Shown: positions 29,729-38,994 of the stretch, piece by piece
How positions within the stretch are numbered: position 1 is the stretch's first letter
Layout: every line of letters starts with the position of its first letter
Assembly: GCA_900550515.1 (NCBI GenBank)
Contig: URSP01000001.1
Span: 3,736 to 67,735 of the forward strand
DNA length: 64,000 bases
From: an uncultured Collinsella sp.
GTDB taxonomy: Bacteria; Actinomycetota; Coriobacteriia; Coriobacteriales; Coriobacteriaceae
Direction of reading: 5' to 3'
Translations under genes and position numbers: made by a program
Notes under the pieces: model-generated
Told to the model about the DNA's origin: nothing
The model's input: only the letters and a program-made list of their open reading frames with translations
The model's database searches: none

Positions 29729-29829
29729 GAATTAGTGTTGCTCCTTTCTTTAGTTAGGTAGTGGAATTGTTTTGTGCCTAACCAATCTAGGAGCATGAGA
29801 AACCAATGTCAAGGTACCAAACTTATTAA

Positions 29830-29940
29830 GTTACGGCGTTTTGCCAAACGCCGTAACCGCTCGACGCTGCAAGCGTTCCTAAGCGGCAATCTGACGTTCA
29901 ATCGTCGGGCATGGCCGCAAGGCCTATGCCCCCCATTTCC
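29830..29940 (+). repeat. Structured element family B, copy 1 (right arm degenerate)
   Basis: GTTACGGCGTTT..AAACGCCGTAAC hairpin, CTCGACGCTGC, CAATCTGACGTTCAA, apical GGCC-GCAA-GGCC. Confidence 0.75.
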
Positions 29941-30059
29941 GAAACCTTTCCGCAACAATGCGCTCTTCGCGACCCTGGCGACCGCTCACAACGCCTCCTG
30001 CGCTACACTTAGTCGCACTGTGGCGCTGCTGCGCCGTGCCCGAACCAAGGGAGACCCTC

Positions 30060-30884
30060 ATGAAGAACACTCAGCTGCTGCTGATCAACGATATGTGCGG
30101 CTACGGCAAGGTCGCGCTTTCCGCCATGCTGCCGGTGCTGTCGCATATGGGCTATCGCATCCACAACCTGCCGACGGCCCTTGTTTCCGATACGCTCAAC
30201 TACCCCAAGTTCTACATCCACGACACCACGGAGTACGTGCGCCAGAGTCTTGCCATCTGGGAGGAGCTCGGCTTTGAGTTCGACGCCATCTCGACCGGCT
30301 TTATCGTGACCGAGGAAGAGACGCGTATCATCTCGGACTTTTGCCACCGCCGTGCGCAAAAGGGCACCAAGGTGTTCGTCGACCCCATCATGGGCGACAA
30401 CGGCAAGCTCTATGCGGGCGTGCCCGAGTCCACGATTGGCCTTATGCGGCACCTGCTGGAGTGCGCAGACTACGCGGTGCCCAATTATACCGAGGCGTGC
30501 CTGCTTGCCGATAGGCCTATCGCCGAGCAAATTACGCCCGATGAGGCTCGCGCCCTTGTGGACGCCGTGCGCGAGCTGGGTGCCAAGTCGGTGGTCATTA
30601 CGAGCGCCGTGGTCAATGGCACGAACGCGGTTATCGGTTACGACCATGTAGCGGGGGAGTACTTTACGATTCCCTTTGAGCTCATTCCGGTCTATTTCCC
30701 GGGCACGGGTGACACGTTCTCGGCGGTGCTCGTCGGCCGCGTTATGGCAGGTTGGAGTTTGCAGCGCGCGACGTCCGATGCCATGCGCGTGGTGGCTGAG
30801 CTTATCGAGCGCAATGCCGACCAAGAGGATAAGTCGGCTGGCCTTCCCATCGAGGCCTGCCTGGACGTGATTGACCATGAGTAA
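30060..30884 (+). CDS. pdxK: Pyridoxal/pyridoxamine kinase
   Basis: GYGKVAL, VDPIMGDNG, PNYTEA and PGTGDTF. Confidence 0.85.
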   Translation: MKNTQLLLINDMCGYGKVALSAMLPVLSHMGYRIHNLPTALVSDTLNYPKFYIHDTTEYVRQSLAIWEELGFEFDAISTGFIVTEEETRIISDFCHRRAQKGTKVFVDPIMGDNGKLYAGVPESTIGLMRHLLECADYAVPNYTEACLLADRPIAEQITPDEARALVDAVRELGAKSVVITSAVVNGTNAVIGYDHVAGEYFTIPFELIPVYFPGTGDTFSAVLVGRVMAGWSLQRATSDAMRVVAELIERNADQEDKSAGLPIEACLDVIDHE

Positions 30885-31206
30885 TGCTGGCGAGGGCGGC
30901 GCCAAGCCTGCGGGCGGGGGCAAGCCGCTCGGCGCGCCGCGTGGCAAGCGTCCGCGTATCCGCGTGAGCTGCGTGGACCAGCTGGGTGCGTGCCGCTGCC
31001 ACCATGGTCACAAGCCGGGCGACGTCTTCGACTTTGACCGCGACCGCGGCAAGATGTGTGCCATGGCCTGCCATGTGGGCTTTCCCTATATCGATATCCT
31101 GCGCTATGGCGGAACCGTGCCCGGCAACGAGCCTGGTACGGCAAAGTTCTGCTGTCCCGAGGTCGATACGCTGAACGTCTGGCTTGCCGAGATCGTCGAC
31201 GAGTAG
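30877..31206 (+). CDS. TIGR04076-like Cys/His-rich small protein
   Basis: C..GHKPGDVF....C..A....FPY...LRYGG.....CCP pattern; start overlaps the pdxK stop. Confidence 0.65.
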   Translation: MSNAGEGGAKPAGGGKPLGAPRGKRPRIRVSCVDQLGACRCHHGHKPGDVFDFDRDRGKMCAMACHVGFPYIDILRYGGTVPGNEPGTAKFCCPEVDTLNVWLAEIVDE

Positions 31207-31214
31207 TCGAGCGC

Positions 31215-31247
31215 AATGTGACAAAGGGACAGTTCTTTTGTCACATT
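31215..31247. repeat. REP-like palindrome family C
   Basis: AATGTGACAAAGGGACAGTTCTTTTGTCACATT. Confidence 0.85.
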
Positions 31248-31390
31248 CGCCGGTGGTGCCCCTTCTATTATGCTTGTAATCTCAAATCTCTGCATTTCAT
31301 CCGATTTTAGGTTCTAAAAATTTTGCGTTTCATCGATAATCAAGCGTATAAAACTTTGCATTTAATTTGATGACACTGAGGGGAGAGCCT

Positions 31391-32752
31391 ATGCTGCGCA
31401 GGAAAATAGCGGTAGAGCTGGAGCGTTGGCTGAAGTCTGCCGAGCAAAAGGCCTTATTCATTACGGGTTCTCGCCAGATTGGCAAAAGCTATTCGATTCG
31501 CGCATTTGGCAAAGCCAACCATGCAACCTACATCGAGCTTAACCTCATGGAAAACCGCCAGGCAAAAGATGCTCTTCTCGAGGCGCGGGATGCCGATGAT
31601 TTCATCAGCAGGGTGACGCTTCTTTCGGGAAAGTCGATTGCACCAGGCAAAACGCTCGTGTTTATCGATGAGGTCCAAGAGGCCCCCGACATCATGACGA
31701 TGGCAAAGTTCCTTGTTGAGGACGGGAGGTGCCGCTGGGCGTTTTCGGGGTCAATGCTCGGGACTCAGTTCAAGGGCGTCAGGTCCTATCCCGTGGGGTA
31801 TGTCCACGAGCTTAGGATGTTCCCGCTCGATTTTGAGGAGTTTTGCTGGGCAACCGGGGTGAGCGAGGGGGCTCGCCAAACGATACGTAACGCGTGTATC
31901 AGCGAGAGGCCCATTCCTGATTACATTCATGACGCGATGATGGCAAACTTCAGGACCTATACCGTTGTCGGCGGAATGCCGGAGGTCGTGCAGCGTTTCC
32001 TTGACACGCAGGGCGACCTTGCCTCTGTTCGTCAGCTACAGTCAGAGCTCAACGAACAGTACCGACGGGATATTTCCAAGTATGCAAGCGGGCGTGCCCT
32101 TCAGGTGCAGAGCATCTACGATCAGCTCCCCATTATGCTTGAGGGCGAACACAAGCGTTTCGTGCTCAATTCCATTGACCCCAAGGCGCATTATGAGAAG
32201 TACCAGCGAGATTTTGTCTGGCTTGTCGATGCCGGCGTTGCTCTCAAAGCCGATATCGTAACCGAGCCAAAGTCGCCCCTGCTCAAGACGGCACGGCCAT
32301 CGCAGTTCAAGCTATACCAATCGGATACGGGCATGTTGATGGCGCGCTACCCCGTTGGAGTCGCCCAAGCGGCGTATCTTGATAGCAAGGAGCCCAATCT
32401 GGGCGGCATTTACGAAAACGTGGTGGCCCAGCAGCTGGCTGCCCAAAATCGCCAGCTTTACTACTATCAGACAAAAAAGCGCGGTGAAGTGGACTTTGTG
32501 GTCGACGGACCGGATGGGACGGCTGTTCCGATCGAGGTTAAATCGGGCTCCTATTACCACGCGCACGCTGCGCTCGGTCATGTGCTTGATACGGCTGAAT
32601 ATGGCGTAAGGCTCGGGATTGTTTTCTCGAGAGGCAACGTTGAGCGCAACGGAGCGGTTCTCTATTTGCCGCTATATGCGACCTGGGCCCTTTCGGATGT
32701 TTTGGGCGACTCCTGCGCCGAGGGGATAAAGCTGGAGGTCAAGCCGGTCTAG
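31391..32752 (+). CDS. AAA+ ATPase with C-terminal DUF4143/PD-(D/E)xK-like domain
   Basis: Walker A GSRQIGKS, Walker B FIDEVQ, GGMPEVV, KLY..DTG and EVDFVV...PIEVKSG. Looks lower in GC than its neighbours. Confidence 0.85.
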   Translation: MLRRKIAVELERWLKSAEQKALFITGSRQIGKSYSIRAFGKANHATYIELNLMENRQAKDALLEARDADDFISRVTLLSGKSIAPGKTLVFIDEVQEAPDIMTMAKFLVEDGRCRWAFSGSMLGTQFKGVRSYPVGYVHELRMFPLDFEEFCWATGVSEGARQTIRNACISERPIPDYIHDAMMANFRTYTVVGGMPEVVQRFLDTQGDLASVRQLQSELNEQYRRDISKYASGRALQVQSIYDQLPIMLEGEHKRFVLNSIDPKAHYEKYQRDFVWLVDAGVALKADIVTEPKSPLLKTARPSQFKLYQSDTGMLMARYPVGVAQAAYLDSKEPNLGGIYENVVAQQLAAQNRQLYYYQTKKRGEVDFVVDGPDGTAVPIEVKSGSYYHAHAALGHVLDTAEYGVRLGIVFSRGNVERNGAVLYLPLYATWALSDVLGDSCAEGIKLEVKPV

Positions 32753-32764
32753 GGCCGGTCCCGG

Positions 32765-32795
32765 ATGTGGCAAAGGGACAGTCCCTTTGTCACAT
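32765..32795. repeat. REP-like palindrome family C
   Basis: ATGTGGCAAAGGGACAGTCCCTTTGTCACAT. Confidence 0.85.
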
Positions 32796-32900
32796 TCATG
32801 AGTGTGGATTTTCTCCCGTATAGAGCGCACTTGAACGCTCAAAGTGGGAGAAAATCTACGCTCGATTTATGCCGTGGGCGCGGTTCGTGCGCCCACGAAC

Positions 32901-33347
32901 CTACAGCTGCTCGAGCATAGCGGTGCAACCGGCGAGCACATCGCGGTGGGTGGCATCGAAATTGCCGGTGTACCAGGGGTCGGCCACGTCGCCGGGGCGA
33001 TCGGTCCAATCGAGCAGGCGCGAGATCTTGCCATCGGGGTCCTTGCCAAAGATACGGTGCAGGCCGCAGGCGTTCTCGTCGTCCATATAGACAATGTGGT
33101 CCCAGTCGCCATACTCCGCGCGACGCACCTGACGCGCGCGATGTGCGACGACGGGAATCCCGACCTCGCGTAGTTTGGCAATGGTGCCGTGGTGTGGCGG
33201 GTTGCCGATCTCCTCGGTCGAGGTCGCAGCGGAATCAATGACAAACTCGCCCGCGCGCCCGGCGCGCCGCACTAGCTCGGTAAACACGGACTCAGCCATC
33301 GTCGAGCGACAGATGTTCCCATGGCAGATAAACAGTACACGTTGCAT
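32901..33347 (-). CDS. Low-molecular-weight protein-tyrosine phosphatase
   Basis: FICHGNICRS P-loop and DPWY. Confidence 0.9.
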   Translation of the reverse strand: MQRVLFICHGNICRSTMAESVFTELVRRAGRAGEFVIDSAATSTEEIGNPPHHGTIAKLREVGIPVVAHRARQVRRAEYGDWDHIVYMDDENACGLHRIFGKDPDGKISRLLDWTDRPGDVADPWYTGNFDATHRDVLAGCTAMLEQL

Positions 33348-33392
33348 ATGCGGTTTCCTTTCGGTCGCCATCATCGAGCTCGAGTATCGCAT

Positions 33393-34643
33393 CTACGCCT
33401 GCGCCCTTGCCCGCCTGCGCTCCCAGTGAGCCAATTTAATCGTCACCAGCGTAAGCACCCAGGCCACAAGCGAGAACGCGGCACCCACTGCGCCTACGTG
33501 CGCAATGCCAATGCTGCTTACCACGGCGCCGCCCACTGCGGTGCCAAACGAGATGCCGACGTTAAACGCCATGGGCTCAACCGAACTTGCGAGTACCATC
33601 GACTTGGGATGGCGGCTGCGTGCCACGTCCATGAAGTGCGTGATGCACGACACCGAGAACAAGTACATGAGCAGCGCCAAGCTAAAGACAAAGGCCAGCG
33701 CGAGCGGCATGGTGCCGCCCACAGCAAACAGCCCGAGTAACGCCGCAGCCTGCAGCACGAACGTCACAAGCAGCGCCTTCATGCCAAAGCGCGCATCGAT
33801 CCATCCGCCCAGGATGTTCGAGATCAGGCAGAACACGCCGTAGGCCATGAGCGTGGTACTGGCTTCGACCGTGCCCATGCCCAGCACCTGCTCAAGATAA
33901 GGCGTCACGTAGCCATAGAAAACGTAGACCGACCCCACGCCAAACAAAAAGATGAGCATGCCGGTGACGATGCTCGGCTCGCGTAGCAGACCCGCCTGCT
34001 CGCGAAAGGTGGCGGGCTCGTCGGTTTGCCCAGCGCGCGGCATAAACATCACGAGCGCTCCGCAGATCAGAACGGCAAAGGCCAGCGTGCCGTACATGGC
34101 CACGTGCCAATCGAGCGTGTCGGCCACAAACTTGCCGATCGAAGTGACAAAGACCATCGCCACGGAAAACGCACCGTACACTACCGAGATGGCAAGCGAA
34201 GTTTGCTGCGGGGACAGCAGCTCGGGGATATACGTCACGCCCACGGCGAGCAGTGCGCCCGAGACGGAGCCCAAGATGATGCGCGAGGCGAACAGCACTT
34301 GAAAGTTGGGTGCCAGCGCCATGACCAGGTTGCCGAGCACAAAGACGATGCTATAGCACACGAGCAGCTGGTAGCGACGGAAGCGCCCCGTGCTGAGCGC
34401 AAGCACTGGCGTCGCGATGGCGTAGACAAGCGCAAACACGCTAATAAGTTGGCCTGCGGTGGCAAGCGATACGCCGAGTTCCGTCGCTAGGTCGCTTTCG
34501 ATGCCGATGACCACGAACTCGGAGCAGCCGAGCGAGAATCCCAACAGCACGAGCAGCGCCAGGCAGAGCTTGGTGCGTGCGGGGGAGAGCGCGGCGGCAG
34601 TTGACTTACTTTTTGGCGTGGTTGCGGCGGTCAAGGTTGTCAC
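33393..34643 (-). CDS. MFS efflux transporter (DHA1/PbuE-like)
   Basis: SEFVVIG...IA..LGVSLATAGQL, about 12 TM helices, FNVGISFG..VGG. Start approximate (GTG 34643 or TTG 34634). Confidence 0.85.
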   Translation of the reverse strand: MTTLTAATTPKSKSTAAALSPARTKLCLALLVLLGFSLGCSEFVVIGIESDLATELGVSLATAGQLISVFALVYAIATPVLALSTGRFRRYQLLVCYSIVFVLGNLVMALAPNFQVLFASRIILGSVSGALLAVGVTYIPELLSPQQTSLAISVVYGAFSVAMVFVTSIGKFVADTLDWHVAMYGTLAFAVLICGALVMFMPRAGQTDEPATFREQAGLLREPSIVTGMLIFLFGVGSVYVFYGYVTPYLEQVLGMGTVEASTTLMAYGVFCLISNILGGWIDARFGMKALLVTFVLQAAALLGLFAVGGTMPLALAFVFSLALLMYLFSVSCITHFMDVARSRHPKSMVLASSVEPMAFNVGISFGTAVGGAVVSSIGIAHVGAVGAAFSLVAWVLTLVTIKLAHWERRRARAQA

Positions 34644-34692
34644 TCCAATGTCGCATGAATAAGCGGGATTCAATCCCTGCAACTCTAACAGA

Positions 34693-34723
34693 ATGTGACA
34701 AAGGGACAGTCTCTTTGTCACAT
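34693..34723. repeat. REP-like palindrome family C
   Basis: ATGTGACAAAGGGACAGTCTCTTTGTCACAT. Confidence 0.85.
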
Positions 34724-34795
34724 GGAGAGCTTGCCTGTATAGTCGCAATACAGGCGAAGATGGTCTCAGGTACATCGCGGGCGACAGGAGATCCC

Positions 34796-35743
34796 ATGGG
34801 TATGCACACGACAAAGGTTGCAGTGGGCGAGGGCAAGTTTGCGCTCGAGGCCCAGCTGACGGTGACGCCGCGAGGCATGGCGGTGTACGCCTGCTCGCCG
34901 GAGTTTGCGCACCTGGGCGCCACGGCGCAGGCCATTCTGCGCCCCGAGCCCGGCCGTACGGCGACGGTGAGCATCCTGGCCGTTCCGTGCCATCGAGACG
35001 AGATCCCGGCGCATGATATCGCGGCGGCGCTGGCCACGCGCTTTGGCGTGCCGGTAGTTGCAAGCACGGGCTTTCATGTTGAACAGGCGAGCGGGGACGA
35101 CCTGCAGCGCGTGCTCAACACCACCAAGGAGCTCATCGTCGCGCTCGAGGAGGCCGCAGCCCGTGTTCTGCGCGCCGGCTGGGATGAGGGCGGCGCGGGT
35201 GCCGAGGTCGTGGCGGTCGATGCCGCGACCGGCGAGGCGCTTGGCCCCGTCGACCGCATCGAGGCCCATACCGGCGAGGGCATTTTGCATCAGGCGTTTC
35301 TGACGCTTTTGGCTGAGGGCCGGGGCGAAGACGCGCGCTTGCTGCTCTGTCGCCGCAGCCCGCTCAAGCGCTTGTGGGGTGGGGTGCTGGCCGATAGCTG
35401 TGCCGGCCATCCGCTCCCCGGGGAAGACGTCGCGGCCGCCACGGCGCGCCGCATCAACGAAGAGCTCGGCATTACGCGCGAGCCCGATCAGCTCGAGCAC
35501 CTCGGACACGTGGTGTACCGCGAGGATCACGGCGACGGCCGCTGCGAGTGCGAGTGGTGCGAGGTCTACCTTGCCCATGTTGAGCCGGGCGAGCTGCATA
35601 TCAACCAAGAGGAGATCTCGGAGGTGCGCCGCGTGGCCCCGTCCGAGCTCGACGGCTACCTGCAGGGTCATCCCGAGCAGCTGGCCCCCTGGCTCCGCGA
35701 GGCCCTCAGCGACCCATCCATCCGTACGGCCCTCGCTATGTAA
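34796..35743 (+). CDS. Fusion: LpdD-like N-terminal domain + type I isopentenyl-diphosphate isomerase-like NUDIX domain
   Basis: N-term HLGA...H(R)DE.PA..IA........V...GFH; C-term AH..EG.LHQAF, RRS..K, SCAGHP..GE..AAT.RR..EELG, ECEWC, EEI and PW. CAGGAG RBS. Confidence 0.7.
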   Translation: MGMHTTKVAVGEGKFALEAQLTVTPRGMAVYACSPEFAHLGATAQAILRPEPGRTATVSILAVPCHRDEIPAHDIAAALATRFGVPVVASTGFHVEQASGDDLQRVLNTTKELIVALEEAAARVLRAGWDEGGAGAEVVAVDAATGEALGPVDRIEAHTGEGILHQAFLTLLAEGRGEDARLLLCRRSPLKRLWGGVLADSCAGHPLPGEDVAAATARRINEELGITREPDQLEHLGHVVYREDHGDGRCECEWCEVYLAHVEPGELHINQEEISEVRRVAPSELDGYLQGHPEQLAPWLREALSDPSIRTALAM

Positions 35744-35767
35744 AAAGACAGTCCCTTTGTCACATCC
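35738..35767. repeat. REP-like palindrome family C, degenerate, overlapping the stop codon
   Basis: ATGTAAAAAGACAGTCCCTTTGTCACATCC. Confidence 0.75.
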
Positions 35768-35918
35768 AAACCGTCACAACATTCGATGAAAATCTCGAAA
35801 TCGAGGAAAAGCGTCGAATGTTGTGACGGTTTTCGTGTCCGGCGCGGGTGAGCTTCGGTGCTGTCTGGGGGTATAAGGCTAGCAAGTGTTTATTTGCGAG
35901 GCCTAAGGGGCGCCCCGT

Positions 35919-36788
35919 ATGGATATCGATAACTTTGAATGGTGGTATAGCGAGGGCGAGGCTCCGGACGAGGGGTGGGACGAGCCCGCGTCGCGTGACG
36001 TGTCGAGCGACGAGGACGAGACCGGCAACGACGTCGCCGCCGACTCGGACGCCGCCCTCGACCCTGTCGAGCCTCTGACCTTCGAACAAGCTTGGGCCCA
36101 GGCCGAGGCAGACGAGGCCAAGGCCGACGCTACGGCCACGCTCGGCGAGCCAGCCGACATGTCGATCTCGCCGGCAAAGACCCCGCAGCTGCGTCACACG
36201 ATCGACCCCGACAGCACGGCATCCTTCAGCATTCTCGACGTGCCCTCGCAGGGCGCCCAGGCGCCCGCGCCCACACGTCGCCCCAATCTGTCTCGCGAGG
36301 AAGATGCAGGACGTCGTTCTCCGCTCGGCCCCATCCTCATCGCCTTCATGGCCGGCGTTATCGCATGCTCGGTAATTGGAAACGTCTGGAGCCATGTCGA
36401 GCAGCAGCGAAAAGACGCCGCCAGGGTCGAGATGTCTGTCGAGCAATCGCTCGGCCGCACGCGCTCGGTACATGTGTCGGTCGAGGTCAAGGACGGCGCG
36501 ACGTGGGACACCGCGCGCGGCGACAGCCAAATGCTCATTCACATCGTGGGGCGCACGCTCAAAGGGCAGACGATTGACGAGTATCAATACGTCAATTCCG
36601 CTGGTGACGGCATCGAGCTTAAGCCCGGCGACTACGAGCTCACCGTTGATGAACCGCCCGTCGCCACCGACGGCACGCGCTTCCGTGCCTCAAAGCGCAT
36701 GGTTCCCGTGAGCTTTAACTCGCAGGCGCCCGATACGGTCGACAGCACACCGCAGGGCGGGTTCGACCTTTACGTAGATACCCAGTAG
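35919..36788 (+). CDS. Hypothetical membrane-anchored protein
   Basis: Acidic disordered N-terminus, one TM helix, C-terminal beta domain (LKPGDYEL). Confidence 0.65.
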   Translation: MDIDNFEWWYSEGEAPDEGWDEPASRDVSSDEDETGNDVAADSDAALDPVEPLTFEQAWAQAEADEAKADATATLGEPADMSISPAKTPQLRHTIDPDSTASFSILDVPSQGAQAPAPTRRPNLSREEDAGRRSPLGPILIAFMAGVIACSVIGNVWSHVEQQRKDAARVEMSVEQSLGRTRSVHVSVEVKDGATWDTARGDSQMLIHIVGRTLKGQTIDEYQYVNSAGDGIELKPGDYELTVDEPPVATDGTRFRASKRMVPVSFNSQAPDTVDSTPQGGFDLYVDTQ

Positions 36789-36901
36789 GCGCTCGCCGCT
36801 CATTCCGCTATGGCTACTCAATAATCGCCTGCCGTCCCGTCCCGCCGCCAAGAGTGGGACAATAGCCCTCGACACTATTGTTTACTTTTGGAGGAAGTAG
36901 C

Positions 36902-37795
36902 ATGTCTACCGTCACTACCATCAAGCGCGGCAGCCTCACCGCGGCCATCGATTCCATGGGCGCCCAGCTCACGAGCCTTGCCCTCAACGGCAACGAGTAT
37001 CTGTGGCAGGGCGACCCCGCCTTTTGGGGCAAGCATGCGCCCATCCTGTTCCCCATTGTGGGTTCGCTGCGCAACAACACGGCAACGTCTGCGGCCGGCA
37101 CCTGCGAGATGCCGCGCCACGGACTCGCGCGCATCGTCGAGCACAAGCTGGTCGAGGTTTCGGAGGACGGCTCCTCGGTAACGTACGAGATCACCGACAC
37201 GCCCGAGTCGCTCAAGGCCTTTCCGTTCCACTTTAAGCTCAACATGACCTATGCCCTGACTGGTGACGCCACACTTACCCAGACCTTTGCCGTCACCAAT
37301 ACCGGCGACGTGGACCTGCCGTTCTCGGTGGGCGGCCACCCCGCATTTAACGTACCTGCTCCCGGTGCTGAGGACGAGGCATTCGAGGATTACGAGCTGG
37401 CGTTTACCGAGGCTTGGACTAACGAGGCTCCCATCATCACGCCCGACGGTCTTATGACGTTCGAGGGCAGCTACAAGGCTCCCGATAACTCGGACGTGCT
37501 GCCCATCACGCACCGCAGCTTCGATAACGACGCCATCATGTTCACCGATACCCCGGGCTCCACGCTCACGCTGCGCGGCCGCAAGTCGGGTCACGGCGTC
37601 AAGATCGACTTTGAGGGCTTTAAGTACATTGGCGTGTGGTCTGCCGCCAACGACGCTCCGTTTGTGGCGCTCGAGCCCTGGACCGGTCACACCACCATGG
37701 ACACCGAGGACGATGTCTTTGAGCACAAGGCCAACACCATCACCCTGGCCCCCGGCGCTACCGATAAACGCAGCTTTAGCGTCACCTTGCTCTAG
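36902..37795 (+). CDS. Aldose 1-epimerase family (LacX-like)
   Basis: EYLWQGD..W..HAPILFPIVG, RHGLAR, GGHPAF and FVALEPW. Confidence 0.9.
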   Translation: MSTVTTIKRGSLTAAIDSMGAQLTSLALNGNEYLWQGDPAFWGKHAPILFPIVGSLRNNTATSAAGTCEMPRHGLARIVEHKLVEVSEDGSSVTYEITDTPESLKAFPFHFKLNMTYALTGDATLTQTFAVTNTGDVDLPFSVGGHPAFNVPAPGAEDEAFEDYELAFTEAWTNEAPIITPDGLMTFEGSYKAPDNSDVLPITHRSFDNDAIMFTDTPGSTLTLRGRKSGHGVKIDFEGFKYIGVWSAANDAPFVALEPWTGHTTMDTEDDVFEHKANTITLAPGATDKRSFSVTLL

Positions 37796-37796
37796 A

Positions 37797-37935
37797 GGTT
37801 CCGCCGCTCGGTCGATGCCGCGCGCCGTCCAGAGCGATAATTTGTCATTCATAAGGCAAGGCATAGACCTTCTGGTCATGCCTTGCCTTTTTCATGCCAC
37901 TTGTTCGCTCTGGACGTCGCTCGCCGGCATTGCCA
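37797..37935 (+). repeat. Structured element family B, copy 2
   Basis: CCAGAGCGA..TTGTCATTCA.AAGGCAAGGCAT-A-GACCTTCTGGTC-ATGCCTTGCCTTTTTCATGCCA..TCGCTCTGG. Confidence 0.85.
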
Positions 37936-38058
37936 AAACATCGACGTCCCCAATGACTACCGTGTGTCTATTAATTTTTCGAGCTTGTGCTGCGCCGCTG
38001 GTCGCTGGCGTATATCCTGTTAAGTCGTCAGCATACGATTCAACAGGGAAGGCAGATT

Positions 38059-38985
38059 ATGCATTCTCCCCATCAACGCGACGCGCATCCACAGCCGGTG
38101 TGCAGCCGTCGTATCTTCTTAGGCAGTGCGTTTGCTGCGAGCGCTTCTGTCGTCGCCGGCGCACTTGCCGGTTGCCAGCGCCCCTCTACGCTGGAAGTAG
38201 TTCAGCCCACGACGGGCGGCGGTCGCGACGACCTGTCCGATTCCGTGATCGGCAAGGATAAGATCCGCATTGGCATGGAGGCGGCCTACGCCCCGTACAA
38301 CTGGCAGGTCTCCGAAGCCAGCGAGTACACCATCCCCATCGACAACGTGCAGGGCGCCTATGCCGATGGTTACGACGTGCAGATCGCCAAGATCGTCTGC
38401 AAGGCCCTCGGTGGCGAGCCCGTTGCCGTCAAGCAGAGCTTCTCGGGTCTTATCGATTCGCTCAACAACGGCCAGATCGACCTCATCATTGCCGGCATGA
38501 GCGCCACGCCCGAGCGCGAGGAGTCCGTCGGCTTTTCCGACCCGTACTTCATTGGCTACTTTGGCCTGTTCGTAAAAGAGGGCTCGCCCTACCAAAATGC
38601 GACCAAGCTCAGCGACTTTAGCGGCGCAACGGTCCTCGGCCAAAAGGACACCATGCTCGATACCGTCATCGACGAGATCCCGGGCGTTGTCCACAAGAAC
38701 CCGGTCGATTCGGTCCCCACGGTGTTTTCGAACCTGCTGCAGGGCACCTGCGACGCCGTGACCTACAATACCGAGAACGAGAAGGGCTATATGGCCCAAA
38801 ACCCGGGTATCGTGCCGATTCGATTTGCCGAGGGCGAGGGCTTTAAGCAGGAAGTCACGGCAAACGTCGGCTGCCGCAAGGGCTCGGATAAGCTGCTTAA
38901 GCTCATCGACAAGACACTCAAGGGCATTAGCCAAGAGGAGCGCGACCAAATGTGGGACGCGTGCCTCGACCGTCAGCCGGCATAG
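38059..38985 (+). CDS. Amino-acid ABC transporter substrate-binding lipoprotein
   Basis: SRRIFL twin-Arg-like motif, LAGC lipobox, GMEAAYAPYNW, GYDVQIA and IAGMSATPER. Confidence 0.9.
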   Translation: MHSPHQRDAHPQPVCSRRIFLGSAFAASASVVAGALAGCQRPSTLEVVQPTTGGGRDDLSDSVIGKDKIRIGMEAAYAPYNWQVSEASEYTIPIDNVQGAYADGYDVQIAKIVCKALGGEPVAVKQSFSGLIDSLNNGQIDLIIAGMSATPEREESVGFSDPYFIGYFGLFVKEGSPYQNATKLSDFSGATVLGQKDTMLDTVIDEIPGVVHKNPVDSVPTVFSNLLQGTCDAVTYNTENEKGYMAQNPGIVPIRFAEGEGFKQEVTANVGCRKGSDKLLKLIDKTLKGISQEERDQMWDACLDRQPA

Positions 38986-38994
38986 GGAGGCAGC

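Noticed and set aside
33393..35063. 556-aa MFS and 388-aa NUDIX ORFs overlapping head to head
   Set aside because: The extensions are spurious upstream open frames. Plausible starts near 34643 and 34796 remove the overlap.
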